From assembly GCA_039932795.1 (NCBI GenBank), contig JBDTPH010000264.1, positions 1 through 63,792 on the forward strand: a stretch of 63,792 bases of DNA, in the 5' to 3' direction. The notes beneath the pieces are model-generated. The model was not told where the DNA came from. It saw nothing but the letters and a program-made list of their open reading frames with translations, and did not search any database. This stretch comes from Chloroflexota bacterium. GTDB taxonomy: Bacteria; Chloroflexota; Anaerolineae; Anaerolineales; Villigracilaceae. The position numbers and the translations under genes were made by a program. Below, piece after piece: positions 37,203-47,344 of the stretch. Every line of letters begins with the position of its first letter. Position 1 is the stretch's first letter.

Positions 37203-38504
37203 TTACTTCTTCAGACTTTCCAACCCCTCCAGCAACCTCTTGAACGCGCCTTCGGTTTTTTCGGCGGGCGTGGCATACGAGAAGCGAATCCAGTCATTGC
37301 CAAAGGGAGAGAAGAACGCGCCGGGGACGACGGCGATGCCGTGATTTTCGGCGAGATATTGGCCGAGTGGTTCACTGTTATTCCATCCTTTGGCCTGGAT
37401 AAAGTCAGCAACATTGATGAAGGCATAGTAGCCCTTGCCGATGATATGCTGGAATCCGTTTTGCTCGAGGAGCTGCTTGAGGACGATGCGGCTGGCATTG
37501 GTTGGCTCGATGATGGTACTCGCAGCCTGGGCAAATCCCATTTCATACGCAGCCATGGCAACAGCCAGCGAATAGAACGAAGGAATGACTCCGTGTGAAG
37601 CACGCGCCGTAATGAACTTGATAACCGACTCATCAGCGATCAAATGGCAGTTGCGGATATTGGAGCCGCCAAGCGATTTGGTGATGCCATCGAGGAACAT
37701 GATCCGTTTGCGTTCTTCAGGGGTGAAGAACGTGAGGAAGGAATTCAAATCCATGGGTGATTCATCGGTCACATAGTGGTACATCCAGTCAAACAGGACA
37801 AATGCCACACCGGATTCCAACGCGCACTTCGCAAGCGATACCTGCTTTTCAACGGGGATCGTCAAACCAGTTGGGTTATCGGGATTGGTGATGATGATGC
37901 CCGCGATCTTGCGTCCCCTTGATTCGGCAAACTTCACGCTTTCACGAATCGCATCTTCGGAATATGCCCAGCCCCGCGCGGGGTCACCGGGTGCCCAAAG
38001 CACATTCGCACCGACACCGTAGGGGCCCCAGTTGTAGGAGATCCACGGCACACGTGAGACCATGATCAGGTCACCCTGTCGTCCATGACCCAGAGCCATC
38101 ATCGCTTGATAGGCTTTGACCAGCGCGTCACGTCCGCCCGCGGTGCCGAGCACATTGGCAGGTCCCCAACCGCAGGACGAGTCTAATTTCAAATATTGCT
38201 CGATCACAGCTTTGCGGTAGGCATCCGTGCCGAAGGGCATGTCATAGGATGTACCATGCTCAATTTGAAGCTGCAAAGCACGTTCCAAAAGTGCCTTTGG
38301 CGTTCCAGGCAGCGACGCGCCACCGTCGCCCTGCGATGCATCGAAAATCTTCGCGCCGGGATTCTTCTCCACGTAGACCTTTAACGACTTGTTGATGAGG
38401 AACATGCGTGAAGGTGGAATGTCCGCCATTTGCTGGAGGTGCTCACTGACAGGGACGAGAGTCTTCTCGTCAACGGCGAATACAGGCGTGGTGTTGGAAA
38501 TCAT
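37203..38504 (-). CDS. PLP-dependent aminotransferase class I/II (aspartate aminotransferase-like)
   Basis: TNPDNPTG, DWMY, GITKSLGGSNIR, VPGAFF, IRFSY. Confidence 0.9.
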   Translation of the reverse strand: MISNTTPVFAVDEKTLVPVSEHLQQMADIPPSRMFLINKSLKVYVEKNPGAKIFDASQGDGGASLPGTPKALLERALQLQIEHGTSYDMPFGTDAYRKAVIEQYLKLDSSCGWGPANVLGTAGGRDALVKAYQAMMALGHGRQGDLIMVSRVPWISYNWGPYGVGANVLWAPGDPARGWAYSEDAIRESVKFAESRGRKIAGIIITNPDNPTGLTIPVEKQVSLAKCALESGVAFVLFDWMYHYVTDESPMDLNSFLTFFTPEERKRIMFLDGITKSLGGSNIRNCHLIADESVIKFITARASHGVIPSFYSLAVAMAAYEMGFAQAASTIIEPTNASRIVLKQLLEQNGFQHIIGKGYYAFINVADFIQAKGWNNSEPLGQYLAENHGIAVVPGAFFSPFGNDWIRFSYATPAEKTEGAFKRLLEGLESLKK

Positions 38505-38559
38505 GAGGGCTCCTGACTCCCCTCACCTGCCATGATGATGGCTGGGGGTGAGGTGGATA

Positions 38560-38748
38560 TAAAGATAACGCCCCGATGTTCGGGGCGTTTGGTGTACCTA
38601 GTGAGTATGAACTTTTTGCTGTTCACCTGACAACCACCAACGTCCCGTCACGGCAGGAGTGACAGTATTATTGTCGTTGATATGGGCATCAAGGGTGTAC
38701 TGGCTAAACATTGGGCGCAAGGATACCACCGCGGAAAGGGAGCGTCAA
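38560..38748 (-). promoter_or_regulatory. promoter, leader peptide(s) and terminator/antiterminator (attenuator)
   Basis: TTGACG-17-TATCCT; uORFs at 38711..38598 and 38689..38648; terminator AACGCCCCGA-ACA-TCGGGGCGTT; GGGACGTTGGTG is nearly complementary to its 5' arm. Confidence 0.65.
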
Positions 38749-38800
38749 GCGTATTCCACAAAAAATGAGTTGGAGGAACGGACGCCTTTCTGTTATGAAA

Positions 38801-40039
38801 CTATGTTGATAGACGAGGTCCGCGTTTGAGAAACAACACAAACCCAGCCAACCTCAGGCCGGCGCTTAACCACAGCGCCCCGTTGAGACCGATGTATGTG
38901 GCGAGCCATGTACCCAGCAGCGGCGCAATAATCATGGATAAATATTGCATGGACTGTGCCAGTGACACGAATGTCGCGCTGTATTCTGCCGGGACGGTCT
39001 TCATCAACTCATCAAAGAAGACGAGGTCGAGACCACCCTGAAATAAACCCGCAATGGCAGCGTACAGAATGATCAGATCCACGCGCGGGGTAGCCGCGCT
39101 CAAAGCGGGATAGAACGCCATGCCGAGGGTTGTTGCAAGAAGGACAAATCGCCCACCGCGCTGGCGGGAGATCAAGGGCCAGACATAATAGCCCACAAGC
39201 ATGACAAGAGTCATTGTCATATTGATCGTACCGATCTGCGCGTCCGTGGCACCCACATCGCGGACAAGATAAAGTGGCATGATCGGTGTACTCAACACAA
39301 TGGCAGAAAAATAAACAAACCGTTTCGATGCAAATGAAAGAAAGGCCGGGTTTGCGCGCAGTATGCTCAGGTAATTTTGAATACTTTCGCGCGGCGAGGC
39401 ACTTTTCGCCAGCGGCGGCGGAACGGTATCAGGCAGTGTGATCTGGTTCGAAAAATAATAACTGACAAAACCACCCGCCGATAGCACGAGGAACATGATG
39501 GCGTAATTGACCGGGAAATCGATCAGATTGATCAGCCGTGTAACGATGAAAGTCCCGACCACACCGGTCAACCCAAAGATCATCCAGCGGCGGCTAAGCA
39601 GGGCATAACGTCCTTCAGGTCCCGCAACTGCGTTCATCACGACAGAAAAAGCCACAGCCAGCGCGGTCTGTGGAAGGGTGGCAAAGGCCCAGATCGCCAG
39701 GGTGGCAACAATCACAAATTTTTCCGAAACAGCGAGCGTCAATATTCCGGTCAGCGCGTAGCAGAGGATGACCATCAGACGGGACAGGCTGTACCACGAG
39801 ACGATATTCGTTCGTGTTTGAAGGAAACGTCCCACAACGATGGCGAGCAAGAGTCCCGTCACGCCTGGCATGGACGAAAGCAGGCCAACCTGAAAGTTGG
39901 TCGCGCCGAGACGCGTCAGAAAAACGGGCAAAAAAGGCGCGGAGACGTTTGAAATGCTGACGCCAATCGCGTCGATCTGCACATAGCGGAAATTCCGTTT
40001 TTGGATATTAAGTTCCTGCCCGGTTGGTTCTGTATTCAT
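38801..40039 (-). CDS. MFS transporter
   Basis: About 12 TM segments with MFS topology. Confidence 0.85.
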   Translation of the reverse strand: MNTEPTGQELNIQKRNFRYVQIDAIGVSISNVSAPFLPVFLTRLGATNFQVGLLSSMPGVTGLLLAIVVGRFLQTRTNIVSWYSLSRLMVILCYALTGILTLAVSEKFVIVATLAIWAFATLPQTALAVAFSVVMNAVAGPEGRYALLSRRWMIFGLTGVVGTFIVTRLINLIDFPVNYAIMFLVLSAGGFVSYYFSNQITLPDTVPPPLAKSASPRESIQNYLSILRANPAFLSFASKRFVYFSAIVLSTPIMPLYLVRDVGATDAQIGTINMTMTLVMLVGYYVWPLISRQRGGRFVLLATTLGMAFYPALSAATPRVDLIILYAAIAGLFQGGLDLVFFDELMKTVPAEYSATFVSLAQSMQYLSMIIAPLLGTWLATYIGLNGALWLSAGLRLAGFVLFLKRGPRLST

Positions 40040-40080
40040 GACAGTGAAAGATTATAACGCTCGCAGGTTAAAATCGTTCC

Positions 40081-40569
40081 ATGATCGAAATTCGCCTTAT
40101 CCAACCAGACGAGTGGGAGGATGCCAAACGAGTTGTCTACCGCGTGGCACACGAGATATTCAATGACCAGCGCGTATTGGAATATTCCATTGCCTATTAC
40201 GAGTCGCGCCATGAACTTGCGGATATGGACAATATTCAAAGGAATTATTTCGAAAATGGTGGGACGTTTCTCGTCATGTTCCAGGATGGGGAAATGATCT
40301 GCACGGGAGCCATCCGCAGGCTCGAAGATGATACCTGCGAGCTTAAACGGCTCTGGCTGCTACCCGGGTACCACGGTCAGGGGTTGGGCTATCGCATGCT
40401 GCAGGAGTTATTGTCGTTCGCCAAAAACACGGGATACAAACGCGTCTGGCTTCAAACGGACCCGGAAGCACAAAGCCGTGCAGTAAATTTCTACAAACAG
40501 ATCGGCTTCCATGAAATTCCCCGCTATACCGACCAGACGGATGATATTTGCATGAAGATCATCCTTTAA
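40081..40569 (+). CDS. GNAT acetyltransferase
   Basis: ELKRLW, HGQGLG, AVNFYKQIGF. Confidence 0.88.
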   Translation: MIEIRLIQPDEWEDAKRVVYRVAHEIFNDQRVLEYSIAYYESRHELADMDNIQRNYFENGGTFLVMFQDGEMICTGAIRRLEDDTCELKRLWLLPGYHGQGLGYRMLQELLSFAKNTGYKRVWLQTDPEAQSRAVNFYKQIGFHEIPRYTDQTDDICMKIIL

Positions 40570-40599
40570 AAATGCAGGTCACATTCGCAGCGTGACGGT

Positions 40600-41274
40600 T
40601 TACACCTTCACCGCGCTCAGCCAGCCTGGTAATTGTTCGAAGAGCTGCTTCATAATTTCCTTCGCCCGCTGATTGAAGATCTCGATGTTGTTATACGCCT
40701 CCCCGCCCTCTTCATTGACCATGTCACTGACCGAGCGCAGGATCAACAGGCGCGCGTTGTTCTTCTGCGCCACCCAGGCAAGCGCGGCTGATTCCCAATC
40801 CGCTGCCATCGCTCCCTTGGATTTCAGGAACGGGATCTTTCCGGGGGGCAGGTCACTGTCCGCGGATGCGATGGCGCCGCGTCGGACAGGATAAGGATCG
40901 GGTTCAGCAAGCCAGCTCAAATCGAGGGAGGAAGCGTAGTACGTTGAAATGTCGAGATCGCCCATTAATTCCACGATGTCGTATACGAACGTTTTCTCCA
41001 CAAGAATTACATCGCCCTGATTGACGACTCCTTCAAAGCCGCCGCATGTCCCAAGGTTGACGACAAGATCGGGTGAATAATGATCCAGCACATATTGCAT
41101 CACCGCCGCGGAGCCAATCTTTCCCCATCCGCTGTGGAAAATGGCGACGTGTTCATCACCGATCACGACGTCAAGACATTCACCGAATGGTGAATGTTGA
41201 ACCCTGGCATCCGGAAACAATGGCTTGACGCCTTCCCACTCAGCAATGGCAGAAACTAAAACGACTGTTTTCAT
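40600..41274 (-). CDS. MTA/SAH nucleosidase (PNP/UDP family)
   Basis: GWGK, NLGTCGG, DWESAA, RSVSD. Confidence 0.85.
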   Translation of the reverse strand: MKTVVLVSAIAEWEGVKPLFPDARVQHSPFGECLDVVIGDEHVAIFHSGWGKIGSAAVMQYVLDHYSPDLVVNLGTCGGFEGVVNQGDVILVEKTFVYDIVELMGDLDISTYYASSLDLSWLAEPDPYPVRRGAIASADSDLPPGKIPFLKSKGAMAADWESAALAWVAQKNNARLLILRSVSDMVNEEGGEAYNNIEIFNQRAKEIMKQLFEQLPGWLSAVKV

Positions 41275-41352
41275 GGTTAACCATCCAGTAGAGTTTATTT
41301 TTGCAGCATTTCCAAAGTATAACGTGCCAACTCTGTGCTGTATAATCACGCC

Positions 41353-42043
41353 ATGCAGTGGATTGATACGACCCTTGGCAAGGTGCGGATTGAAAAACAA
41401 CTGGCAAAGGGAGGCATGGCAGAGGTTTATTTAGGCACGCATCTCACACTCGACCGTCCTGTTGCGATCAAGGTCTTGCATAACTTTGTGGAAGAAGACG
41501 AGGTGATGAAGTCGCGTTTCCAGCGCGAAGCCAGGGTTGTGGCGGCACTACGGCATCCAAACATCGTCCAAATCCATGATTTCGACACCGTGGATGGACA
41601 TCGGAAAGCAAAGCGCAAACTACCAGAATTGGAACCAGGATGGAACGATCAACGATCCCAGCGATGGCTTTGGCCTGCTTTTGAATGGTGATAATGAAGG
41701 CTACATTCAGGGTACCTATACCCATGCTGACCTGTCTGTGAATTCACCCGATGCGACACAGAATATGCTCATTCATGGCGAACATGTCAAGGCTACAGCA
41801 CTCAACATCAGCGGATGGACCCCCACGCTGCGTGATCAACTGATCCTGTTTCTCCAATCTGCGGACAACGTCAACAGGGAGGGCATGATCCGTAACGCGG
41901 TTGCCCTTGCCAATCAGATCCAAAATGGATTTGATGTCAATGGCAACGAAAATATCGAACCCATCCGGGGCGAAGGCGGCGCAACCACTGCGTACGAACA
42001 CGCCTACTACATGGCGGATATCCTGATCACACCCGCGCCATAA
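41353..42043 (+). pseudogene. Ser/Thr kinase gene with a large internal deletion and frame change
   Basis: Kinase N-lobe (GGMAEVY, VAIK, RFQREA, HPNIV) ends near 41600; the sequence continues in another frame as a non-kinase domain. Confidence 0.75.
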
Positions 42044-42084
42044 TTGATTCTATGCTAGCGGGGCTGATGCAATATAATTCCAGT

Positions 42085-42564
42085 ATGACCGATTCTCGCA
42101 AACAACCCAATTCACGCATGTGCTTCATCTGCGGGCTTGAAAACCCTGTGGGCCTGCATTTGCACATGTACGAAACCGAACCTGGCGTGGTCGAAACTTC
42201 ATACATCGCGCCGGAACATTTTCAAGGGTATCCCGGTGTATTGCACGGAGGCATTGTCGGCGCGATCATTGACGAGATCTCAGGACGCGCGTTAATGGGC
42301 GGTGATCCGATGAGTCCGCGCTTTATGTTCACCGCAAAGCTTGAAGTGAAATATCGCAGGAACGTTCCCATTGGAAGGCAGTTGAAGATCATTGGCAGGG
42401 CAGTCAAATCGAAAGCGCGTTCAGCGGCAGCCTGGGCCGGGATCTACGATGCAGAGACCAATGAACTGCTCGCAGAGGGAAATACAATTTTGATCGATGT
42501 CCCACCTGATCAATTTGACAAATCCCGATTGAATGAACTCGGATGGGGTATTTATCCTGAATGA
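42085..42564 (+). CDS. PaaI-family thioesterase
   Basis: CFICG..NPVGL, GVLHGG...DE. Confidence 0.9.
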   Translation: MTDSRKQPNSRMCFICGLENPVGLHLHMYETEPGVVETSYIAPEHFQGYPGVLHGGIVGAIIDEISGRALMGGDPMSPRFMFTAKLEVKYRRNVPIGRQLKIIGRAVKSKARSAAAWAGIYDAETNELLAEGNTILIDVPPDQFDKSRLNELGWGIYPE

Positions 42565-42569
42565 TCCCT

Positions 42570-42665
42570 CGCGCTGAGCGGAGGGCTGAGACGTGAAACG
42601 TCGAAACCTGCAGACGAAGCACCATCGAAGCATCACCTCGTCTGTGCTCCGCTCCGCTCGGCGCG
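42570..42665. repeat. REP/MITE-like inverted repeat
   Basis: CGCGCTGAGCGGAG / CTCCGCTCGGCGCG, 13/14 complementary. Confidence 0.6.
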
Positions 42666-42729
42666 GTAAAACATTCCCTGTTACCTTTCCTCAACCTCCT
42701 GCAACATATTAACGGGCAACAGGAGGTTC

Positions 42730-43426
42730 ATGACCACACTCATGACAACACTACACATTGGAGGGTTCCATCCTCAGTGAGTTGGATGCCTATAATGCCT
42801 TGCCAGTCCTTATCACGGGAACGATCAATATTGAAGGGAAGCTGGTGGTGGACAGTTACAAGATTCCATACCCCGACCTGCGCTTCCAGATATTAAAGGG
42901 TACACAAAGAGAAGAGCAATTGGAAGGTCAGACGGTTATCATATTTACAACCGAGGCTGGCAATTCCTATGTTGAATTCCTGGCGACCAATACATTTCCC
43001 ACAGGAAATTTCACCGGTTATCTTGGCGACCTGATCCAACAGGAAGTGCTCATCATTCCCGATGAAACATTTGGCGGAATGCCGGTAGCGCATGTCCATC
43101 AAACATCGATCGTTCAGGAAAATGGTTCTGAGATGCAGGTTGTGGCGAATGGGATCCAGGTATATAACGGTGGTGATGTTCCGGGGATTTCGGACGAATA
43201 TGCTCCAGCCAACCTCAGCATCGACACAGTGGAACTCGTCTACTTCGGCAGCAATCCATACTATCAGATGAACGATCCCAATTACGACCAGCGCTCGCCC
43301 TACATAGAACCGGTCTGGCATTTCCAGGGGCGCTATGAGGATGGCACCGAATTTGATGTCCTCATCCAGGCGCTCAAGCAGGAATTCCTCCTTCCAGAAT
43401 TAGTCCCAGGTTCATTAGCGGGGTAG
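42730..43426 (+). pseudogene. 5'-truncated hypothetical gene
   Basis: The ATG at 42730 with AGGAGG RBS is out of frame with the 222-aa ORF, which begins abruptly at a TTG. Confidence 0.5.
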
Positions 43427-43432
43427 AGCTTC

Positions 43433-43468
43433 AATAACCGCCATCATTTCAATGGCGGTTATTTTTTT
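43433..43468 (+). terminator. intrinsic terminator
   Basis: AATAACCGCCAT/ATGGCGGTTATT followed by a T tract. Confidence 0.8.
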
Positions 43469-43501
43469 AACTGTATAATAAAGGTACCCCCATGGAGGCA
43501 T

Positions 43502-44260
43502 ATGATCACCACCTATCACCGACCCAAAACACTGGACGAAGCCCTGACTCTTTTAACCCAACCAAACAGGATTCCGCTTGGCGGCGGCACGCTGCTCGCT
43601 TCGCGGAAGCTGGCACCTGATTCCATTGAAGTCGTGGACTTGCAATCCCTCAGCCTGGATACCGTTATAAAGAATGGCAACAACCTGGAGATCGGCGCGA
43701 CGGTCACATTGCAGCAATTGCTTGAATCCGAACTCTGCCCCGATGCGTTAAAGTCCGCTTTGAAATTGGAAGCGCCACTCAACATCCGCAATACCGCCAC
43801 AGTGGCCGGGACACTCGTCGCCAGCGATGGGCGCTCCACTTTTGCAAGCCTGTTGCTGGCAACGGATGCAAAGATCGAGCAGGCGATTCTCAACGACTCC
43901 AATATCGAATATCGAATGACGAATATCGGTGAATTCCTGCCTCTAAAGTCGACGAAGCTCATAACCAGGCTCATCCTTCCCCTCAACATCAAACTCGCCT
44001 TTGAATACGTCTCCCGTACCCCGGCCGACAAACCTATTGTCTGCGCCACACTTGCGCAATGGAACTCCGGGCGATCACGACTCGCGTTAGGCGGCTATGG
44101 CAGGAGTCCCATGCTGGCGATGGACGGCACCGAAGCCGAAGGTTTGGAAACTGCGGCCGGTAACGCCTATCACGAAGCGACCGATGAGTGGGCTTCTTCC
44201 GAATACCGCATGGACGTCGCGTCCACGCTGGCGAAGAGATGTTTGGAAGGTCTGCATTAG
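43502..44260 (+). CDS. FAD-binding subunit of a molybdenum hydroxylase (YgfM/CoxM-like)
   Basis: YHRPKTLDEA, LGGGT, IGATVTL, IRNTATVAG. Confidence 0.88.
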   Translation: MITTYHRPKTLDEALTLLTQPNRIPLGGGTLLASRKLAPDSIEVVDLQSLSLDTVIKNGNNLEIGATVTLQQLLESELCPDALKSALKLEAPLNIRNTATVAGTLVASDGRSTFASLLLATDAKIEQAILNDSNIEYRMTNIGEFLPLKSTKLITRLILPLNIKLAFEYVSRTPADKPIVCATLAQWNSGRSRLALGGYGRSPMLAMDGTEAEGLETAAGNAYHEATDEWASSEYRMDVASTLAKRCLEGLH

Positions 44261-44273
44261 CAAGAACCCTCCC

Positions 44274-44552
44274 ATGGATAAACTCAAACCCTACCAGAAG
44301 ATTGCATCGCGTTTTCAGATATCACAGGAGAGCTCCAAATATTTCCTGAACCATGTCCAGAAGAGCTTCAAGACAGAGAGACCTTCCCACAAATTAATTC
44401 TCGAATTTGTCGAATCGCAACAGCTTGAGATTCTGCTCACCCCCTACGAAGTTGCTGAGATGATGAATGAAAGTGGCGCGTGGGCCTACGATCTGGGCGC
44501 TCCGCCTCCTATTCTTGTGGCGGGTGAGGAGGATACAGAATGGGATGATTAA
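44274..44552 (+). CDS. hypothetical protein (92 aa)
   Basis: ORF filling the gap; protein-like composition from MDKLKPYQ. Confidence 0.55.
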   Translation: MDKLKPYQKIASRFQISQESSKYFLNHVQKSFKTERPSHKLILEFVESQQLEILLTPYEVAEMMNESGAWAYDLGAPPPILVAGEEDTEWDD

Positions 44553-46351
44553 GCATCCAATTCCCCCCAGCGCTGGTACAGGCGGGACAATTCTTCATGC
44601 AATTCCTGTAAACGTTCGACAGCCTGTGCGACGACTACGCCGTCCTGCTGATAAAACTCAGGTGTTTCCATCCTGACAGTTAAGTCGTGCTGTTCGGCTT
44701 CCAGCATCCCGATCTTTTTTGGCAGTTCAGCCAATTCACGTTTTTCGTTATAGCTCAACTTGCGGGCCACGGGTTTTGAGTCCGCTTTGGATTCTGCCTG
44801 GGGTGCAGGATCAGCTTTCAGCTTGGTCTGTGAAGTGGCGACTTGTTCTGTCTGTTTGTGCCAGTCATCGTATCCGCCCACGTATTCGTTCACATCCCCA
44901 TTTCCGTTCAATATCAAGGTGCTGGTAACGATGTTGTTCAGGAATGCCCGGTCGTGACTGACCAGCAATAAAGTCCCTTCGTAATCAAGCAAAAGATCTT
45001 CGAGCACTTCGAGGGTTTCAATATCGAGATCATTGGTAGGCTCATCAAGGATCAATAGATTGGCAGGCTGCGTGAACAGGCGCGCCAGCAGGAGGCGATT
45101 GCGCTCACCGCCAGAGAGGCCACTGATCGGCGCACGGACGCGGTCACGCGTGAAGAGGAAATCTTCCAGGTAGCCCATCAGGTTGCGCGCCCTGCCATTG
45201 ATCGTGATCGTGTCGCGTCCCTGCCCCACGTTATCCAAAACAGATTTGCTTTCATCCAGTTGTGCGCGCAGTTGATCGAAATAAGCCATCTCCACGTTCA
45301 CGCCGTGACGGACCTCGCCCTGCGAGGGTTGAAGCTCACCCATCAGAATCCGCAGTAAGGTGGTTTTGCCAGAGCCATTGGGGCCGACGATGCCGATCTT
45401 ATCTCCGCGCTGAATGGTCGTGGAAAAATCGCGCACAATGGTTTTATCGCCGTACGAATAGCTGACATTCTCCGCTTCGATCACCAGTTTGCCAGACCGA
45501 TTCTCAGCCGAGAGCTGCATACGTACCTTGCCAGAGAGTTCGCGGCGGTCCCTGCGCATCTCACGCAAACGTTTTAACGCACGTACACGTCCTTCATTTC
45601 GAGTTCGGCGCGCCTCGATCCCTTTGCGGATCCACTGTTCTTCCTGGGCAAGTTTCTTATCGAAGATCGTATTCTGTGCCTGCTCAGCGGAAAGCATTTC
45701 ATCCTTGCGTTTTACAAACGTGGAGTAGTCACAGTTCCAATCGAACAGTTTGCCGCGGTCCAATTCCACGATGCGGGTGGAGAGACGTTGCAGGAAGACG
45801 CGGTCATGGGTCACAAATAAAAGCGTACCGCCCCAACGCTTGAGGAAATCCTCCAGCCAGTCGATGGAGTTGATATCCAGATGGTTGGTGGGTTCGTCTA
45901 ACAATAATAGATCGGGATTACGGACCAGGCCGCGTGCCAGGTAAACGCGTCGTTTTAACCCCGCCGAAAGGACCTCAAACCTGGCTTCCGGGTCCAGATC
46001 CATGCGGGAGAGAACCTTTTCCACCTGATGCTGACGCTGCCATTGATGCTCGTCATTTAATGGGCTTGATATTTCTTCCAGGCCGCTTTCCACGATCTCA
46101 CGCACGCCTCCGCTCAATCCTTGCGGGACCTCCTGTGGAAGATATGCTACCTTCATATTCTGCTGACGGGCAATGGTTCCCTCATGCGGCAAAATCTCAC
46201 CGGCGATGAGTTTCAACAGCGTGGACTTCCCCATCCCGTTCCGTCCCAGCAAACCAATCCATTCCCCGCTCTCGATCTGTAAGTTTATTTCATCCAGCAG
46301 GCGCGGTCCACCGAATCCGATGGACACATCCTGTACACTCATCAACGCCAT
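44549..46351 (-). CDS. ABC-F family ATPase (Uup-like)
   Basis: Two ABC domains (GRNGMGKST, GPNGSGKTT, LDEPTN) and a C-terminal KLSYNEKREL coiled coil. Confidence 0.93.
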   Translation of the reverse strand: MALMSVQDVSIGFGGPRLLDEINLQIESGEWIGLLGRNGMGKSTLLKLIAGEILPHEGTIARQQNMKVAYLPQEVPQGLSGGVREIVESGLEEISSPLNDEHQWQRQHQVEKVLSRMDLDPEARFEVLSAGLKRRVYLARGLVRNPDLLLLDEPTNHLDINSIDWLEDFLKRWGGTLLFVTHDRVFLQRLSTRIVELDRGKLFDWNCDYSTFVKRKDEMLSAEQAQNTIFDKKLAQEEQWIRKGIEARRTRNEGRVRALKRLREMRRDRRELSGKVRMQLSAENRSGKLVIEAENVSYSYGDKTIVRDFSTTIQRGDKIGIVGPNGSGKTTLLRILMGELQPSQGEVRHGVNVEMAYFDQLRAQLDESKSVLDNVGQGRDTITINGRARNLMGYLEDFLFTRDRVRAPISGLSGGERNRLLLARLFTQPANLLILDEPTNDLDIETLEVLEDLLLDYEGTLLLVSHDRAFLNNIVTSTLILNGNGDVNEYVGGYDDWHKQTEQVATSQTKLKADPAPQAESKADSKPVARKLSYNEKRELAELPKKIGMLEAEQHDLTVRMETPEFYQQDGVVVAQAVERLQELHEELSRLYQRWGELDA

Positions 46352-46454
46352 ATAACGAAAGTCCTCTGCGGTAAAAATACGATTTGAAGGCAAATTGTAG
46401 CCGATAAATGCTGGAATAGTAGCTGAGTCCGACGAGGGTATAATTTGAATCATC

Positions 46455-46703
46455 ATGCAATCAATTCCAACGACTCTTGGCCCATTCTTCCAGGAATATG
46501 AGTTCTCCAAGTTGAATCCACAAAGAGATGCTCATACGATCATTGAACGCGCTTTGCAATTCGGAAATCGGGCAGAGTTGCGTTGGTTGTTTGCAGTTTA
46601 CTCACGGGAGAAGATCGCATCCTGGGTCAGGCAGTTTGGGAAAGACAAACTCCCACAACCCCATCGAGTATTTTGGCAGACCATATTGGAAGTAACTGAA
46701 TGA
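46455..46703 (+). CDS. small DUF6922-like putative antitoxin
   Basis: IIERALQFG...LRWL...Y motif; overlaps the AbiEii-like gene. Confidence 0.7.
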   Translation: MQSIPTTLGPFFQEYEFSKLNPQRDAHTIIERALQFGNRAELRWLFAVYSREKIASWVRQFGKDKLPQPHRVFWQTILEVTE

Positions 46704-47344
46704 GTAAGGTATTCTGGAATACCATCACTGAAGATATGCGCCTTGTATTAACTGAATTCTCTCAGAGCGCTATTTCAGAACATTTTTATCTTGCAGGTGG
46801 CACCGCTCTTTCTCTCCAACTTGGGCATCGGCTTTCGGCAGACCTGGATTTTTTTTCACCCAGTGAAGATATACCGACCATCAGGCCCGTACTTGAAAAT
46901 TCACTCTCAAGACTCACCAGCATTCTTGCAGATTCTTCCTGGGGAAACCTTGTTTTCCTTGTAAAGAATGTAAGGGTTGGTTTTTATGGATACGGATTTC
47001 CACTTGTTGCCCCATTCGTTAAATTTGACAGCGTGCGACTTGCATCGATTCAAGATATTGCCTTAATGAAGCTTGATGCCATGCTGTCCCGTGCCGCCCG
47101 AAAGGATTTTTATGACCTCTACTTCATATGCCAGGATATTTCCTTAAAACAGATTTTCGGTAAAGCAACTCAAAAATACCCCCAGGTTCGAGATTTTGAA
47201 GTGCAGACAACCAAACGACTGGTCTTTTTTGAAAATGCTGAAGACGAAAGTGACCCATTACTTCTGAAAAATGTGTCGTGGCAAACCGTAAAAGAGTATT
47301 TCATTAAACAAGCCAAAGAGATTGAACAGAGTTGGCTGGAATAG
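46700..47344 (+). CDS. AbiEii/AbiGii-like nucleotidyltransferase toxin
   Basis: YLAGGTAL...GHRLSADLDFF, MKL...R...KDFYDL. Confidence 0.88.
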   Translation: MSKVFWNTITEDMRLVLTEFSQSAISEHFYLAGGTALSLQLGHRLSADLDFFSPSEDIPTIRPVLENSLSRLTSILADSSWGNLVFLVKNVRVGFYGYGFPLVAPFVKFDSVRLASIQDIALMKLDAMLSRAARKDFYDLYFICQDISLKQIFGKATQKYPQVRDFEVQTTKRLVFFENAEDESDPLLLKNVSWQTVKEYFIKQAKEIEQSWLE

